DNA from: a virus
Lineage: Duplodnaviria > Caudoviricetes
Length of the DNA: 64,000 nt
Strand: one strand, 5' to 3'
IMG/VR virus record: IMGVR_UViG_3300031867_004305
Location: 117,043-181,042 of that record
A program made the position numbers and the translations under genes. Each line of letters opens with the position of its first letter. Position 1 is the first letter of the stretch. The notes under the pieces were generated by a model. That model was not told the DNA's origin. It did not search any database and saw only the letters and a list, made by a program, of their open reading frames with translations. Of this stretch, positions 1 through 9,508 are shown piece after piece.

Positions 1-1476
1 GAAGACGCAAACCAATATACCTATAAAGGAGATACAGCTAAAACTGTTCGTGTAGTGCCAGGAACAGATTTGGAAATTACAGCCAGTAGCAATAGAGTAG
101 TAATCAATCACGCCGCAGCCGCAGAAGCAAATGGCGATGCTCTTTCTACACCTAATACAGCTCAAACCCCTGCTTTTGGAGCAACATTTAATATACCTGT
201 TGTGAAAAAGAACGCACGCGGGCATATTACTGCTTTGGATACTACAACTGTTACTATACCTGCGTTTCCAAGTTTAAGCGACACCGATGCTTATACTGGA
301 GTATTGCCTATTACAAAAGGTGGTACTGGTACAGGTGTATTAAACGCGGGAGAAGCCGGTTCAGTTGTTGTGCGTGAGTTAAGTGGTGAAACACTTAGCA
401 CTCGTACTATAGTTAATAATACTACACCTACCGCCGCGGTAAGTAGCACTGGAATACCCACTATGGCTACATTGACAAATACCTTAACTAAAATTAATGG
501 TCTTTCTCAAAGTGGAGACATAGGTACTAATAATAGCGGTATTTACGCTCCTACTAGTGCTGGTAGTTCTGGACAATTTTTAAAATCTAGTGGTACTGGT
601 GCACCTACTTGGGAAACTGTAACTATTCCCGCCATTACACTAAATAATGCTGTGACTAATTCACCTAATTTTTATGCTCCTACTACTTCCGGGGCTGCAG
701 GAGATGTATTAGTTTCAAATGGTACTAGTCAAGCACCTAGTTGGAGTACATTTAAAAGTTTAGTTTTAGAAACAATTTATCCAGTTGGTAGTATTTATAT
801 TACTACGGATGCTACTAGTCCAGCCACTTTATTCGGCGGGACTTGGGATAGGTATGCTCAGGGCAGAGTTTTGCTTGGATATAGTAGTTCCAGTGTTAGT
901 GATGGTACTAATAGTATGACATTTGATACTCTCGGAGCAACTGGTGGTAAATTCTATGTACCAGGTGTTGTAAACCATAATCATAGTATCACTGGTAGCG
1001 TTGGAGGTAGTGATGGAACTCATACACATGGAAGTAGTATGACCGGATTATCAATTAGTGGCGGTAACCATACACACTCCCACACTTTATCTGTTTCTTC
1101 ACATAACCATAGTTTTACTGTACCAGATCATAGACATTATAATGGAGCAAGTAGTGGTTTAAAGGGTAGCGGTTCAGGTACTGCTAGCGATGTAAACTAT
1201 GATAGTGCTAGTCAAAAAACAACTTTTCATACTGGTGGTATCAACTTTACAAAAACACCTGCTACTGGAACAACTGGTTCAGCATCTCCTTCTCTTTCTG
1301 GCAGTATTAGTTCTAGTACCTCACATTCTCATACTATTAGTGGTTCTGTGACTGTAAATTCTACCAATAGCGGCCATAGCCACTCATTTTCTCTAACGGC
1401 ATCTTATAAGGGTGATAGCTCAGTTTCTAACTTACAGCCATATGTAGTAGTTTATATTTGGAAACGTACAAGATAA
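1..1476 (+). CDS. Tail fibre/baseplate protein, 5' end outside window, with gp10-like C-terminal domain
   Basis: Frame open from base 1; Gly/Ser/Thr-rich; IYPVGSIYIT...GGTW...GRVLLG, HxH repeats and a terminal NLQPYVVVYIWKR motif. Confidence 0.75.
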   Translation, partial: EDANQYTYKGDTAKTVRVVPGTDLEITASSNRVVINHAAAAEANGDALSTPNTAQTPAFGATFNIPVVKKNARGHITALDTTTVTIPAFPSLSDTDAYTGVLPITKGGTGTGVLNAGEAGSVVVRELSGETLSTRTIVNNTTPTAAVSSTGIPTMATLTNTLTKINGLSQSGDIGTNNSGIYAPTSAGSSGQFLKSSGTGAPTWETVTIPAITLNNAVTNSPNFYAPTTSGAAGDVLVSNGTSQAPSWSTFKSLVLETIYPVGSIYITTDATSPATLFGGTWDRYAQGRVLLGYSSSSVSDGTNSMTFDTLGATGGKFYVPGVVNHNHSITGSVGGSDGTHTHGSSMTGLSISGGNHTHSHTLSVSSHNHSFTVPDHRHYNGASSGLKGSGSGTASDVNYDSASQKTTFHTGGINFTKTPATGTTGSASPSLSGSISSSTSHSHTISGSVTVNSTNSGHSHSFSLTASYKGDSSVSNLQPYVVVYIWKRTR

Positions 1477-1487
1477 GGAGGTACATT

Positions 1488-1955
1488 ATGTATTATTTTC
1501 AAACAAAATCAGAAGATGAAGGATATGTAACCTTAATGGTAATGTACGCTCCTTCACAAGAGTTTCTAGAACAAGAGCTTAAAAATTCAAACTGTTATTA
1601 TAGCGACAGTATAGAAGACGCAATCAAGCATTTTAACATTCAAATAAAAGATGGCTCTTTTTACATCCCCAACAAAGATGAAGAAGCCCTTAAATCAATA
1701 GGAGTTGCCGCGAACGAATCAAAAAATTTCCGCACCACTCTTAATTCCCTTCTAGCCGAAATGCCCAACTCCGAAGCATTACAAAATGTAATCCTCTTTC
1801 CGGCTTGGGCACCTGATACGCATTATGTTGCGGGCGAACGCATACGTTATGATAACACTCTCTATCGTGTAATTCAAACCCATATTTCCCAACCTGACTG
1901 GTTGCCAAATATCGTAACCAGTCTATTTACACCAATCATTTTAGAAGCCGAATAA
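1488..1955 (+). CDS. Tail-associated protein with C-terminal carbohydrate-binding (CBM5/12-like) domain
   Basis: AGGAGG RBS; C-terminal WAPDTHYVAGERIRYDNTLYRVIQTHISQPDWLP motif. Confidence 0.6.
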   Translation: MYYFQTKSEDEGYVTLMVMYAPSQEFLEQELKNSNCYYSDSIEDAIKHFNIQIKDGSFYIPNKDEEALKSIGVAANESKNFRTTLNSLLAEMPNSEALQNVILFPAWAPDTHYVAGERIRYDNTLYRVIQTHISQPDWLPNIVTSLFTPIILEAE

Positions 1956-2008
1956 ATTACTTTAAATAAGCCAAAGCAAACTCCACCTCACATAACGAGG
2001 TGAGATAA

Positions 2009-2482
2009 ATGAAAAAAATCCTCGTCGCTCTAATCGCGGCTTTGCTTCTTTGCCCTGCGGTAAAAGGCATCCCAATTACCGACGAAGCCTTGACTCATTT
2101 AGGTAAGCCTTATGTATATGCGACAGCCGGTCCAAATACATTTGACTGTTCTGGCTTCACTTGTTACTGCTATAAAGTAGTAGAGGAAGTAGAACTAAAA
2201 CGTTCCGCGAGAGACCAAGGGTATGACGACTCATATGAAAAGATTGAAAGTGCAGAAAGCTTGATACCAGGAGATCTCGTCTTTTTCAACACTAATCAAT
2301 CGGACCTAGACAAAAGCGACCACGCGGGTATGTATCTCGGGAACGGAGAATTTATTCATTGTTCCTCTAGTAAAGGGAAGGTAGTAATTTCTTCTCTGCT
2401 TGAAGGATTTTATAATGAACATTTTTCTTGGGGTAGAAGAGTTATTACACGAACTACTAAAACTTATCCACATCGAAGATGA
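2009..2482 (+). CDS. NlpC/P60 cell-wall peptidase with signal peptide
   Basis: GKPYVYA...FDCSGF...GDLVFF...HAGMYLGNGEFIH catalytic motifs; hydrophobic N-terminus. Confidence 0.9.
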   Translation: MKKILVALIAALLLCPAVKGIPITDEALTHLGKPYVYATAGPNTFDCSGFTCYCYKVVEEVELKRSARDQGYDDSYEKIESAESLIPGDLVFFNTNQSDLDKSDHAGMYLGNGEFIHCSSSKGKVVISSLLEGFYNEHFSWGRRVITRTTKTYPHRR

Positions 2483-2498
2483 AGGAGGAACGATACCT

Positions 2499-3059
2499 AT
2501 GGCATATCAAGCAAAAACTTGGGTTGGGCGCGAGCTAATTAGGGCTACCGCGCTCAACCATATTGAAGAAGGTATTGAAACTAATAGTGAAAAAATTGAA
2601 GCGTTGGAAGAATCCAGCGTTAGTTATAAAGAGCAACAAATTCTTACTGAACAAGAAAAATTGTTGGCTAGGGAGAATATCGGGGCGGCAGGAGCAGGAG
2701 AAGCAGGAATGGCCCAAAATGGAGTTGCTGCCGGCGGTGCTAGCGGCCAGATGCTTGTAAAAACATCTTTAACTGATTATGTTACTGGTTGGACAGATGT
2801 ACCGCATACCAATGTTTTAAATCTTACTGTGCTAGCTAATGCGTGGCAAAATTCTAGTGTAACACTTACTGCGAACGGCGTCACGGCAAGTAATGATATA
2901 GTTGTAAGTATGAGTGAGAATATGACAGAAGCACAATATAATGCTGTGCGAGGAGCCGGTATTATATGTACAGCACAAGGTACAAATAGTATTACTCTAA
3001 CTGCCTATGATGAAGTACCATCAATAAATATTCCTATTACTGTATTTATTTTACCATAA
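2499..3059 (+). CDS. Putative tail/structural protein
   Basis: RBS plus ATG at 2499; LNHIEEGI and GGASGQMLVK motifs seen in fibre proteins. Confidence 0.5.
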   Translation: MAYQAKTWVGRELIRATALNHIEEGIETNSEKIEALEESSVSYKEQQILTEQEKLLARENIGAAGAGEAGMAQNGVAAGGASGQMLVKTSLTDYVTGWTDVPHTNVLNLTVLANAWQNSSVTLTANGVTASNDIVVSMSENMTEAQYNAVRGAGIICTAQGTNSITLTAYDEVPSINIPITVFILP

Positions 3060-3074
3060 TAGGAGGGGAGATAA

Positions 3075-4649
3075 ATGGCAATTACAAGCATTTTCCCTTC
3101 TGGTAATAGCGGCAAAAAAATTAACGATGCTGTTATTACTTTGGTATCGAATAATTTTGTTTATGATGGTATAAAAAAGACACAACAAGTTTCTTCAGTT
3201 GTATTAAATGGGACTACATTGACACAAAATGTTGATTATGTGGTTGTTGGCAACAGAGCCACAAACGCAGGTACATATATGCTTTCTGTTCTTGGTGCGG
3301 GACACTATACAGGCACAGCATCTAGTAGTTGGAATATAGCAAAAGCACAAGGAAGTATTGAAGTCGATACAAATAGTATGACTATACAGGGAGAAGGAAC
3401 AGAAGAAACTGCGGAGTTTTCTGTGGTTGGAGACGGAACTGTGACGGTTAGTAGTAGTGATAGTAGCGTTGCGGTTGCGAGGATTGAAGAAAATAGAGTA
3501 TATGTTGAGTGTGTGGGAAGTGGAGAAGCGAATATTACAGTTGTGTTGGGAGAAGGAAATAATTATTTGGGAGCAAGTTGTGAGATTGCGGTGAGTTGTA
3601 GTACAGTACATATTTATGGGGTGAGTTGGGATAAATCCTCATCCACTGTGCTAACCCGCACGGATGATGCGGCATTGTTTACAGATCCGAATCCAGCTAT
3701 CAACAACGGCACAGGTTCCAGTCCATTTGATAACATATTACCCTGGAGTGGTATGGTTAAAGAAACTATTGATGGTAATACGATGGTCAAGATACCCAAA
3801 TTCTGGTACAAATGGACTGACGAGAACGGCGCATTAAAGTTACAGATTGCCGATGGGCCGCTGGATGGCTTCCACGTCTCTCCCGCCCATGCGGATCGCG
3901 GCGACGGCAAGGGCGAGCGGGATTACGTGTATGTGGGCCGCTACCATTGCGCCAGCGACTACAAGTCCAAGACCGGCGCGTCCCCGAAGGTCAGCATCAC
4001 CCGCGCCACCGCCCGCTCCGGTATTCAGGCGCTCGGCACCGGCTATTACATGTTCGACTACGCCATGTGGTGGACCATCAACATGCTGTACCTGGTGGAG
4101 TTCGCCGACTGGGACTGCCAGAAGGCTATCGGCTACGGCTGCGGCGGCGGCACCGTCCGGAACACCGGCAACAGCGATGGCATGACCTACCACACCGGCA
4201 CGCGGCAGAGCAGCCGCACCACCTACGGCGTGGGCGTGCAGTACCGCTGGATCGAGGATTTGTGGGCCAATGTGTTTGACTGGATGGACGGCATCCGCTT
4301 CAACAACCGCGCGGTGTACGCCTACATCAAGCCCTCTGAGTACGGCAACTGCGAATCCAGCGGCGGCACTCAGGTGTTCTCCACAAGCGCCGATCTGAGC
4401 GGCTGCATCTCCGACTACAAGGTCCCCACCGTCTCCGGGCTGGAATGGGCGCTGTTCCCGAGCAAGGTCACTGGTTCGGACTACACCGTTTACGTTGCGG
4501 ACTACTGCTACCTGAGCAGCGACAGCGTGGTCGCCTTCGTCGGCGGTTACTTCAACCAGTTCCGCTACTACGGCCTGTTCCACGTCGGCCGCAGCAGCGC
4601 GTCGGCCTCGGACGGCAGCATCGGCGCTCGACTCCAATACCTCCCCTGA
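3075..4649 (+). CDS. Receptor-binding tail protein: Ig-like domains + C-type-lectin-like C-terminal domain (DGR-target-like)
   Basis: Ig-like repeats; MVKIPKFWYK; YRWIEDLWANVFDWMDG; terminal GG...GLF...IGARLQYLP. Confidence 0.7.
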   Translation: MAITSIFPSGNSGKKINDAVITLVSNNFVYDGIKKTQQVSSVVLNGTTLTQNVDYVVVGNRATNAGTYMLSVLGAGHYTGTASSSWNIAKAQGSIEVDTNSMTIQGEGTEETAEFSVVGDGTVTVSSSDSSVAVARIEENRVYVECVGSGEANITVVLGEGNNYLGASCEIAVSCSTVHIYGVSWDKSSSTVLTRTDDAALFTDPNPAINNGTGSSPFDNILPWSGMVKETIDGNTMVKIPKFWYKWTDENGALKLQIADGPLDGFHVSPAHADRGDGKGERDYVYVGRYHCASDYKSKTGASPKVSITRATARSGIQALGTGYYMFDYAMWWTINMLYLVEFADWDCQKAIGYGCGGGTVRNTGNSDGMTYHTGTRQSSRTTYGVGVQYRWIEDLWANVFDWMDGIRFNNRAVYAYIKPSEYGNCESSGGTQVFSTSADLSGCISDYKVPTVSGLEWALFPSKVTGSDYTVYVADYCYLSSDSVVAFVGGYFNQFRYYGLFHVGRSSASASDGSIGARLQYLP

Positions 4650-4678
4650 CCCATCCCACCCAACAAAAGGAGGACAAA

Positions 4679-6274
4679 ATGGCAATTATAAGCAATTTTC
4701 CCGCCGGTGGTGGCGGCAGTAAATCATTAAATAACGCCGTCATTACATTAGCTACTTCTAGCTTCGTGTATGACGGTACAGAAAAAAATCAACAAATACA
4801 AAGTGTTGTACTAAATGGCACAACATTACACGAAGGTGCGGATTACCTAGTTACTGGCAATTTGGCTACTGAAGCAGGTACGCATACTATTTCTGTGCTA
4901 GGTATTATGGATTATGGTGGCATAGCAACTGCGACTTGGAATATTGCTAAGGCACAGGGAAGTGTTAGTGTAGAGCCTAGTAGTTTGAAAGTGATTGGCA
5001 AAGGTAGCATTATAACAGCGACTATTAATACTGTTAGTAATGGTATTATTTCTGCTAGTAGTAGTGATGAAAATATAGTAACGGCGAGTGTTAGTGGGAA
5101 TGTTTTAAGTGTGGTTTGTGTGGGAAATGGAGACGTGATTGTTACTGTCTCGCTTGGAGAGGAAAATAATTACCTTGGAGCAAGTTGTGAAGTAAATGTG
5201 ACGTCGAGTTTGGTACATGTCTATGGAGTTAGTTGGGACAAGAGTGATACAACAATACTTACTCGCACAGATGATGCGGCATTATTCATTGACCCCACGC
5301 CCGCCGTCGGCACCGGCAGCGGCAGTAGCCCGTTCGACGACATTCTACCTTGGTCTGGTATGGTGAAGGAGACCGTCGATGGTAACGTCATGGTGAAGAT
5401 ACCCAAGTTCTGGTACAAGTGGACGGACGAGAACGGAGTGCTAAAATTACAGATTGTCGACGGGCCATTGAACGGCTTCCATGTTAGTCCCGCCCATATG
5501 GATAGAGGTGACGGCAAGGGCGAACGCGACTACGTGTATGTGGGTCGCTACCACTGCAACAGCGGCTACAAGTCCCAAACTGGTATGTCCCCAAGGGTTG
5601 GCGACACCCGAGCCTCCGCTCGCTCTGGTATCCAGGCGCTCGGCTCTGGCTACTATATGTTCGACTTCGCCATGTGGTGGACAATTAACATGTTGTATCT
5701 GGTGGAGTTCGCCGACTGGGATTGCCAGAAGACCATCGGCAAAGGTTGCGGTAACAGCTACAACACCATCAGAAACACCGGTACCAGTGATGATGTGGCT
5801 TATCACACCGGCACACATCAGCCAAACCGCAATACCTACTATGAGGGCGTACAGTACCGCTGGATCGAAGATCTGTGGGCTGGTGTTTTTGATTGGATAG
5901 ATGGCATCCGCTTCAGTGGTCGCAATGTCTACGCTTATATCAATCCCTCCGAGTATGGTAACTGCGAATCCAGCGGCGGTACACAGGTGTTCTCCACAAA
6001 CGCTGATATGAGCAGCTGCATTTCCGACTACAACGTCCCCACCATCTCCGGGCTGGAATGGGCTCTGTTCCCAAGCAAGGTAACTGGTGCTGTGAATTAT
6101 ACCTCTTACGTTGCGGATAGTTGCTCTCTGGACAGCAGCTCCGTGGTCGCCTATACTGGCGGTGGCTACTACTCCCAAGGCAGCAGCTACGGCTTGTTCC
6201 GTATCGGCAGCGGAGCCGCCAGCACGATAAACCCCAACGGCTACATCGGTGTCCGACTCCAATACCTTCCCTAA
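4679..6274 (+). CDS. Paralogous receptor-binding tail protein (Ig-like + lectin-like)
   Basis: RBS AGGAGG then ATG at 4679; collinear and highly similar to 3075-4649. Confidence 0.7.
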   Translation: MAIISNFPAGGGGSKSLNNAVITLATSSFVYDGTEKNQQIQSVVLNGTTLHEGADYLVTGNLATEAGTHTISVLGIMDYGGIATATWNIAKAQGSVSVEPSSLKVIGKGSIITATINTVSNGIISASSSDENIVTASVSGNVLSVVCVGNGDVIVTVSLGEENNYLGASCEVNVTSSLVHVYGVSWDKSDTTILTRTDDAALFIDPTPAVGTGSGSSPFDDILPWSGMVKETVDGNVMVKIPKFWYKWTDENGVLKLQIVDGPLNGFHVSPAHMDRGDGKGERDYVYVGRYHCNSGYKSQTGMSPRVGDTRASARSGIQALGSGYYMFDFAMWWTINMLYLVEFADWDCQKTIGKGCGNSYNTIRNTGTSDDVAYHTGTHQPNRNTYYEGVQYRWIEDLWAGVFDWIDGIRFSGRNVYAYINPSEYGNCESSGGTQVFSTNADMSSCISDYNVPTISGLEWALFPSKVTGAVNYTSYVADSCSLDSSSVVAYTGGGYYSQGSSYGLFRIGSGAASTINPNGYIGVRLQYLP

Positions 6275-6291
6275 CAAAGGAGGTCTAACCT

Positions 6292-6621
6292 ATGAATTAC
6301 ATATTCGGAAACAAGGGTGAAATTGAAGTGCTAAAAACCAAAGGCGACTCTCATACCAACCTCACCGGCTATCACTCCATCGAACAAGTCTATCCCGACC
6401 AAACTATCACCGACAACTTCCACATTGTCCGCAAAATAGATAGCAAGGAAGACATCGAGGGTAACTGCTATGATTGGTATGAAATCGACCGCCATTATCG
6501 CACTCAAGATAAAGCCACCCCACTTATAGAAAAAATAAACGCAAACATAGACTACATAAGTATGATGGCAGACATAGAACTACCGGAGGTGGAACCAAAT
6601 GGAACACAGCCCGAAGTTTAA
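6292..6621 (+). CDS. Tail-fibre-associated hypothetical protein
   Basis: RBS; C-terminal ANIDYISMMADIEL typical of fibre assembly helpers. Confidence 0.55.
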   Translation: MNYIFGNKGEIEVLKTKGDSHTNLTGYHSIEQVYPDQTITDNFHIVRKIDSKEDIEGNCYDWYEIDRHYRTQDKATPLIEKINANIDYISMMADIELPEVEPNGTQPEV

Positions 6622-6727
6622 TAAAGTAAAAGACTACTATGATCGTGGCCTTTGGAATGAAACTATGGTACGTAATGCCATCAATAAATGGATTACCGCA
6701 GAAGAAGCGGAAGAAATTTTAAAATAA
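6599..6727 (+). CDS. XkdX-family small protein
   Basis: Read from sequence: MEHSPKFNKVKDYYDRGLWNETMVRNAINKWITAEEAEEILK; GGAGG RBS. Confidence 0.7.
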   Translation: MEHSPKFNKVKDYYDRGLWNETMVRNAINKWITAEEAEEILK

Positions 6728-6783
6728 TTATACCGTGGGCCTTTTTGGCACCACGGTATTTTTCTATATGGAGGCAAAGGAGA

Positions 6784-7209
6784 ATGGAATATATCACTAC
6801 ACGACGAATTAAGCACAAGCGTGGTGCCTGCGGGCAAGAACTCAACATCCCTCGTGGTACCAAATTTGAATCTAAAAATGATATGATACTAGATAATTCT
6901 GGTCGTCTAATTTGCTTCACAACAAGCCAAATCGGCCACGAATACTTCGCACGCAATAACGATAACATGGGTTTGCGGCGTGGTGCCTTAACCTACGCAA
7001 TTGCTTTTAGTTCGCGTGCAAGAATGAATAATGAAAAAACACGCAGACAGCGTTTTACAGATAAAGAAATCGAAACACTAGAAACCAAATGGTCTAAGTT
7101 CCTAGTTCCAGATATAGATGTAATTCTCTTCAACCACAACTTCTTTGAAGCAGAAATTATGGAACTAGAACACATGGCCACTGAAATAAACATCAAAGTA
7201 AAGGAGTGA
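6784..7209 (+). CDS. Hypothetical phage protein
   Basis: AAGGAG RBS and ATG at 6784 within ORF 6688-7209. Confidence 0.6.
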   Translation: MEYITTRRIKHKRGACGQELNIPRGTKFESKNDMILDNSGRLICFTTSQIGHEYFARNNDNMGLRRGALTYAIAFSSRARMNNEKTRRQRFTDKEIETLETKWSKFLVPDIDVILFNHNFFEAEIMELEHMATEINIKVKE

Positions 7210-7215
7210 TACATT

Positions 7216-7536
7216 ATGTATGCCGTTATGCACGGAGACGAAATCCTTTCTATATGCGAAAAACCCACCTACATCAAAGTGAAGCCAAGTACTGGCATAT
7301 ATATCGAAGCCACTCCAGAAGAAGCCTACGGCATCGCTGTGGCGGGAAAAGTTTATAATTTGGGTGATAGAGTAATACTGGAAGGAGCAGATAGCGTCTA
7401 TGTATTAGAGGATAACACAGGAGAATGGATTTATAAGAACTACCAGTCTCTACTACAAACAAAACAGGAACTAGAAGAAAAAAATCAAGAACTAGTTGAT
7501 TGTATCCTCGAAATGAGTGAAACAGTTTATTCATAA
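7216..7536 (+). CDS. Hypothetical tail-module protein
   Basis: ORF with RBS; terminal ELVDCILEMSETVYS. Confidence 0.55.
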   Translation: MYAVMHGDEILSICEKPTYIKVKPSTGIYIEATPEEAYGIAVAGKVYNLGDRVILEGADSVYVLEDNTGEWIYKNYQSLLQTKQELEEKNQELVDCILEMSETVYS

Positions 7537-7547
7537 GGGGTGATATT

Positions 7548-7775
7548 ATGGCTGTAAAGAAAGTAGTTTATGGCTCTAGAACCCTTATAGACCTAACTCA
7601 AGATAATGTTACTAGCGATAAAATGTTAAAGGGTACTTTCGCTCATGATGCTTCGGGTCAAATAATAGAAGGCTCCATTGAAATTGCTACTGACGCAGAA
7701 GTAAGTGCCTATTTTGCAAATATAATTGAAATTGCTGGTGATACAGAAGTGAATACCTATTTTGGTATTGGGTAA
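7548..7775 (+). CDS. Small tail-fibre-related protein
   Basis: KVVYG..TLIDLTQD.VT.DKML.G..AHD.SG..I.G motif common in Firmicutes phage tail modules. Confidence 0.55.
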   Translation: MAVKKVVYGSRTLIDLTQDNVTSDKMLKGTFAHDASGQIIEGSIEIATDAEVSAYFANIIEIAGDTEVNTYFGIG

Positions 7776-7789
7776 GGAGGGATAAAAGC

Positions 7790-9508
7790 ATGGCAACTGA
7801 TAATAAACTTATGACAGCTAGTCAAATAAAGGCTGTTACTGATACTAAACTCAATGCTAATAAAGTATATGATGGATTAGATAAAACTGAGGCTGGTTAT
7901 GTTTTAGATGCAAGACAAGGCAAGATACTAAAGGAAATGGCGGAAAATAGCGTATCAAATGTCACCATAAATGGGGATTACCTACAAGTAGGCAGTACCA
8001 ATTTGACCATTCCCTACGCGACAAAAGCACAGAAGGATGCTAGCGGTAACACCATCACAGAAACCTACGCTCCCATAGCTTCTCCTAACCTAACTGGCAC
8101 TCCTACCGCTCCAACCGCAAATGCAGGCACAAATAGCACCCAAATTGCTACTACCGCGTTCGTTGCTAATGCGATAAGTGGTATGGCAGCCGCAGCCGAA
8201 GTGATGGCATTCAAAGGTACGATTAGCTCTGCGGCAGGCTTACCCGCAACCCACAAACAAGGTTGGACTTATAAAGTTACTACCGCCGGCCAGTACGTTG
8301 GAGTACAGTGTGAAATTGGGGATATGATTATATGTATTGCAGACGGTACAGCCGCGAGCGATAGCGACTGGACTGTGGTTCAGGCAAACATAGATGGAGC
8401 AGTTATTGGCCCCGCAAGTGCGGTTGACAGCCGTATCGCAGTATTTGATGGAGCAACAGGCAAAGTAATAAAGGACAGTGGCTTTACCATAGGGACTTCC
8501 GTTCCTGCCAACGCAGTTTTTACCGATACCAATACCGACACACATCGTCCCATTCAAGTAAATGGAACCCAAGTGCTTGGAGATAATACAACTCCCTTAA
8601 ATCTTGCGGCGGGTAGTAATGTTGGACTTGTAGAGAGTGAAGGAACCGTTACTATAAGTGCCACTGACACAACCTACGAAAGTAAGGCAGCAGCCGCGAA
8701 TGGAACTGAAGTTTCGTTGGTTACTACTGGCGAGAAAGCGATATGGAACGCCAAAACCTCCAATGAAGGTACTGTTACTTCTGTTGCGACAGGAGTAGGT
8801 TTAGCGGGCGGAAGTATTACTACTAATGGTACTATAAAAGCAAAACTAAAAAGTGAAACTGCTTTGACAAACAATGCGGTCGCCGCGACTGAAACCGCAG
8901 GTAGAGTGTATCCAGTTGCAGTGGATAGTAGCGGAGATTTAGCGGTGAATGTGCCATGGACGGATACTGATACTGATACTACTTATACTGCAGGTACTGG
9001 TATTGATATAACAAATGAGGTTGTTACTAATACAGGAGTACGAAGTGTTGCTTCTGGTACTACAAATGGCACTATAAGTGTAAATACAAATGGAACTGAT
9101 GCAGAAGTAGCGGTTGCGGGATTGGGGAATAGTGCTTATGCTAGTATTGCTAATAATTTGACTACTACCGTTGCTGGTTCGGTACTGGATGCTAGTCAAG
9201 GTAAGGAATTGAAAGACAGCGTTGATTTGAAATGCCGTAGATATGTATTCAGTGCTACTTTGCCCACTACTGGATGGACTGAAGGAACTGACTTATATAG
9301 TATTAGTGTGACTGTAAATGGTATTTTAGCTAGTGATGAAGGTGGCGGTATCGGCACAGTACAAAGTGGCGTAGAGGAAACTGACGCTGAAATTAGAAGT
9401 TCATGGGCTAATGTTACTAGGGTTATTACAGCAAATGATAGTATTACTGTCTATGCGTTGGATGTGCCTACGGTAGCGGTTCCATTGAAGATAGAGGTGT
9501 TTAGATAA
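7790..9508 (+). CDS. Tail fibre/structural protein
   Basis: SPNLTGTPTAPTA...TQIATTAFV fibre motif; LDARQGK repeats. Confidence 0.65.
   Translation: MATDNKLMTASQIKAVTDTKLNANKVYDGLDKTEAGYVLDARQGKILKEMAENSVSNVTINGDYLQVGSTNLTIPYATKAQKDASGNTITETYAPIASPNLTGTPTAPTANAGTNSTQIATTAFVANAISGMAAAAEVMAFKGTISSAAGLPATHKQGWTYKVTTAGQYVGVQCEIGDMIICIADGTAASDSDWTVVQANIDGAVIGPASAVDSRIAVFDGATGKVIKDSGFTIGTSVPANAVFTDTNTDTHRPIQVNGTQVLGDNTTPLNLAAGSNVGLVESEGTVTISATDTTYESKAAAANGTEVSLVTTGEKAIWNAKTSNEGTVTSVATGVGLAGGSITTNGTIKAKLKSETALTNNAVAATETAGRVYPVAVDSSGDLAVNVPWTDTDTDTTYTAGTGIDITNEVVTNTGVRSVASGTTNGTISVNTNGTDAEVAVAGLGNSAYASIANNLTTTVAGSVLDASQGKELKDSVDLKCRRYVFSATLPTTGWTEGTDLYSISVTVNGILASDEGGGIGTVQSGVEETDAEIRSSWANVTRVITANDSITVYALDVPTVAVPLKIEVFR

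Noticed and set aside
3840-6277. Long minus-strand and alternate-frame ORFs
   Set aside because: Shadows of the GC-rich codon usage of the + strand tail genes
6728-6765. DGR template repeat or its hairpin
   Set aside because: Simple hairpin plus T-run about 450 nt downstream of the target end; no AAC-rich copy of the variable region nearby
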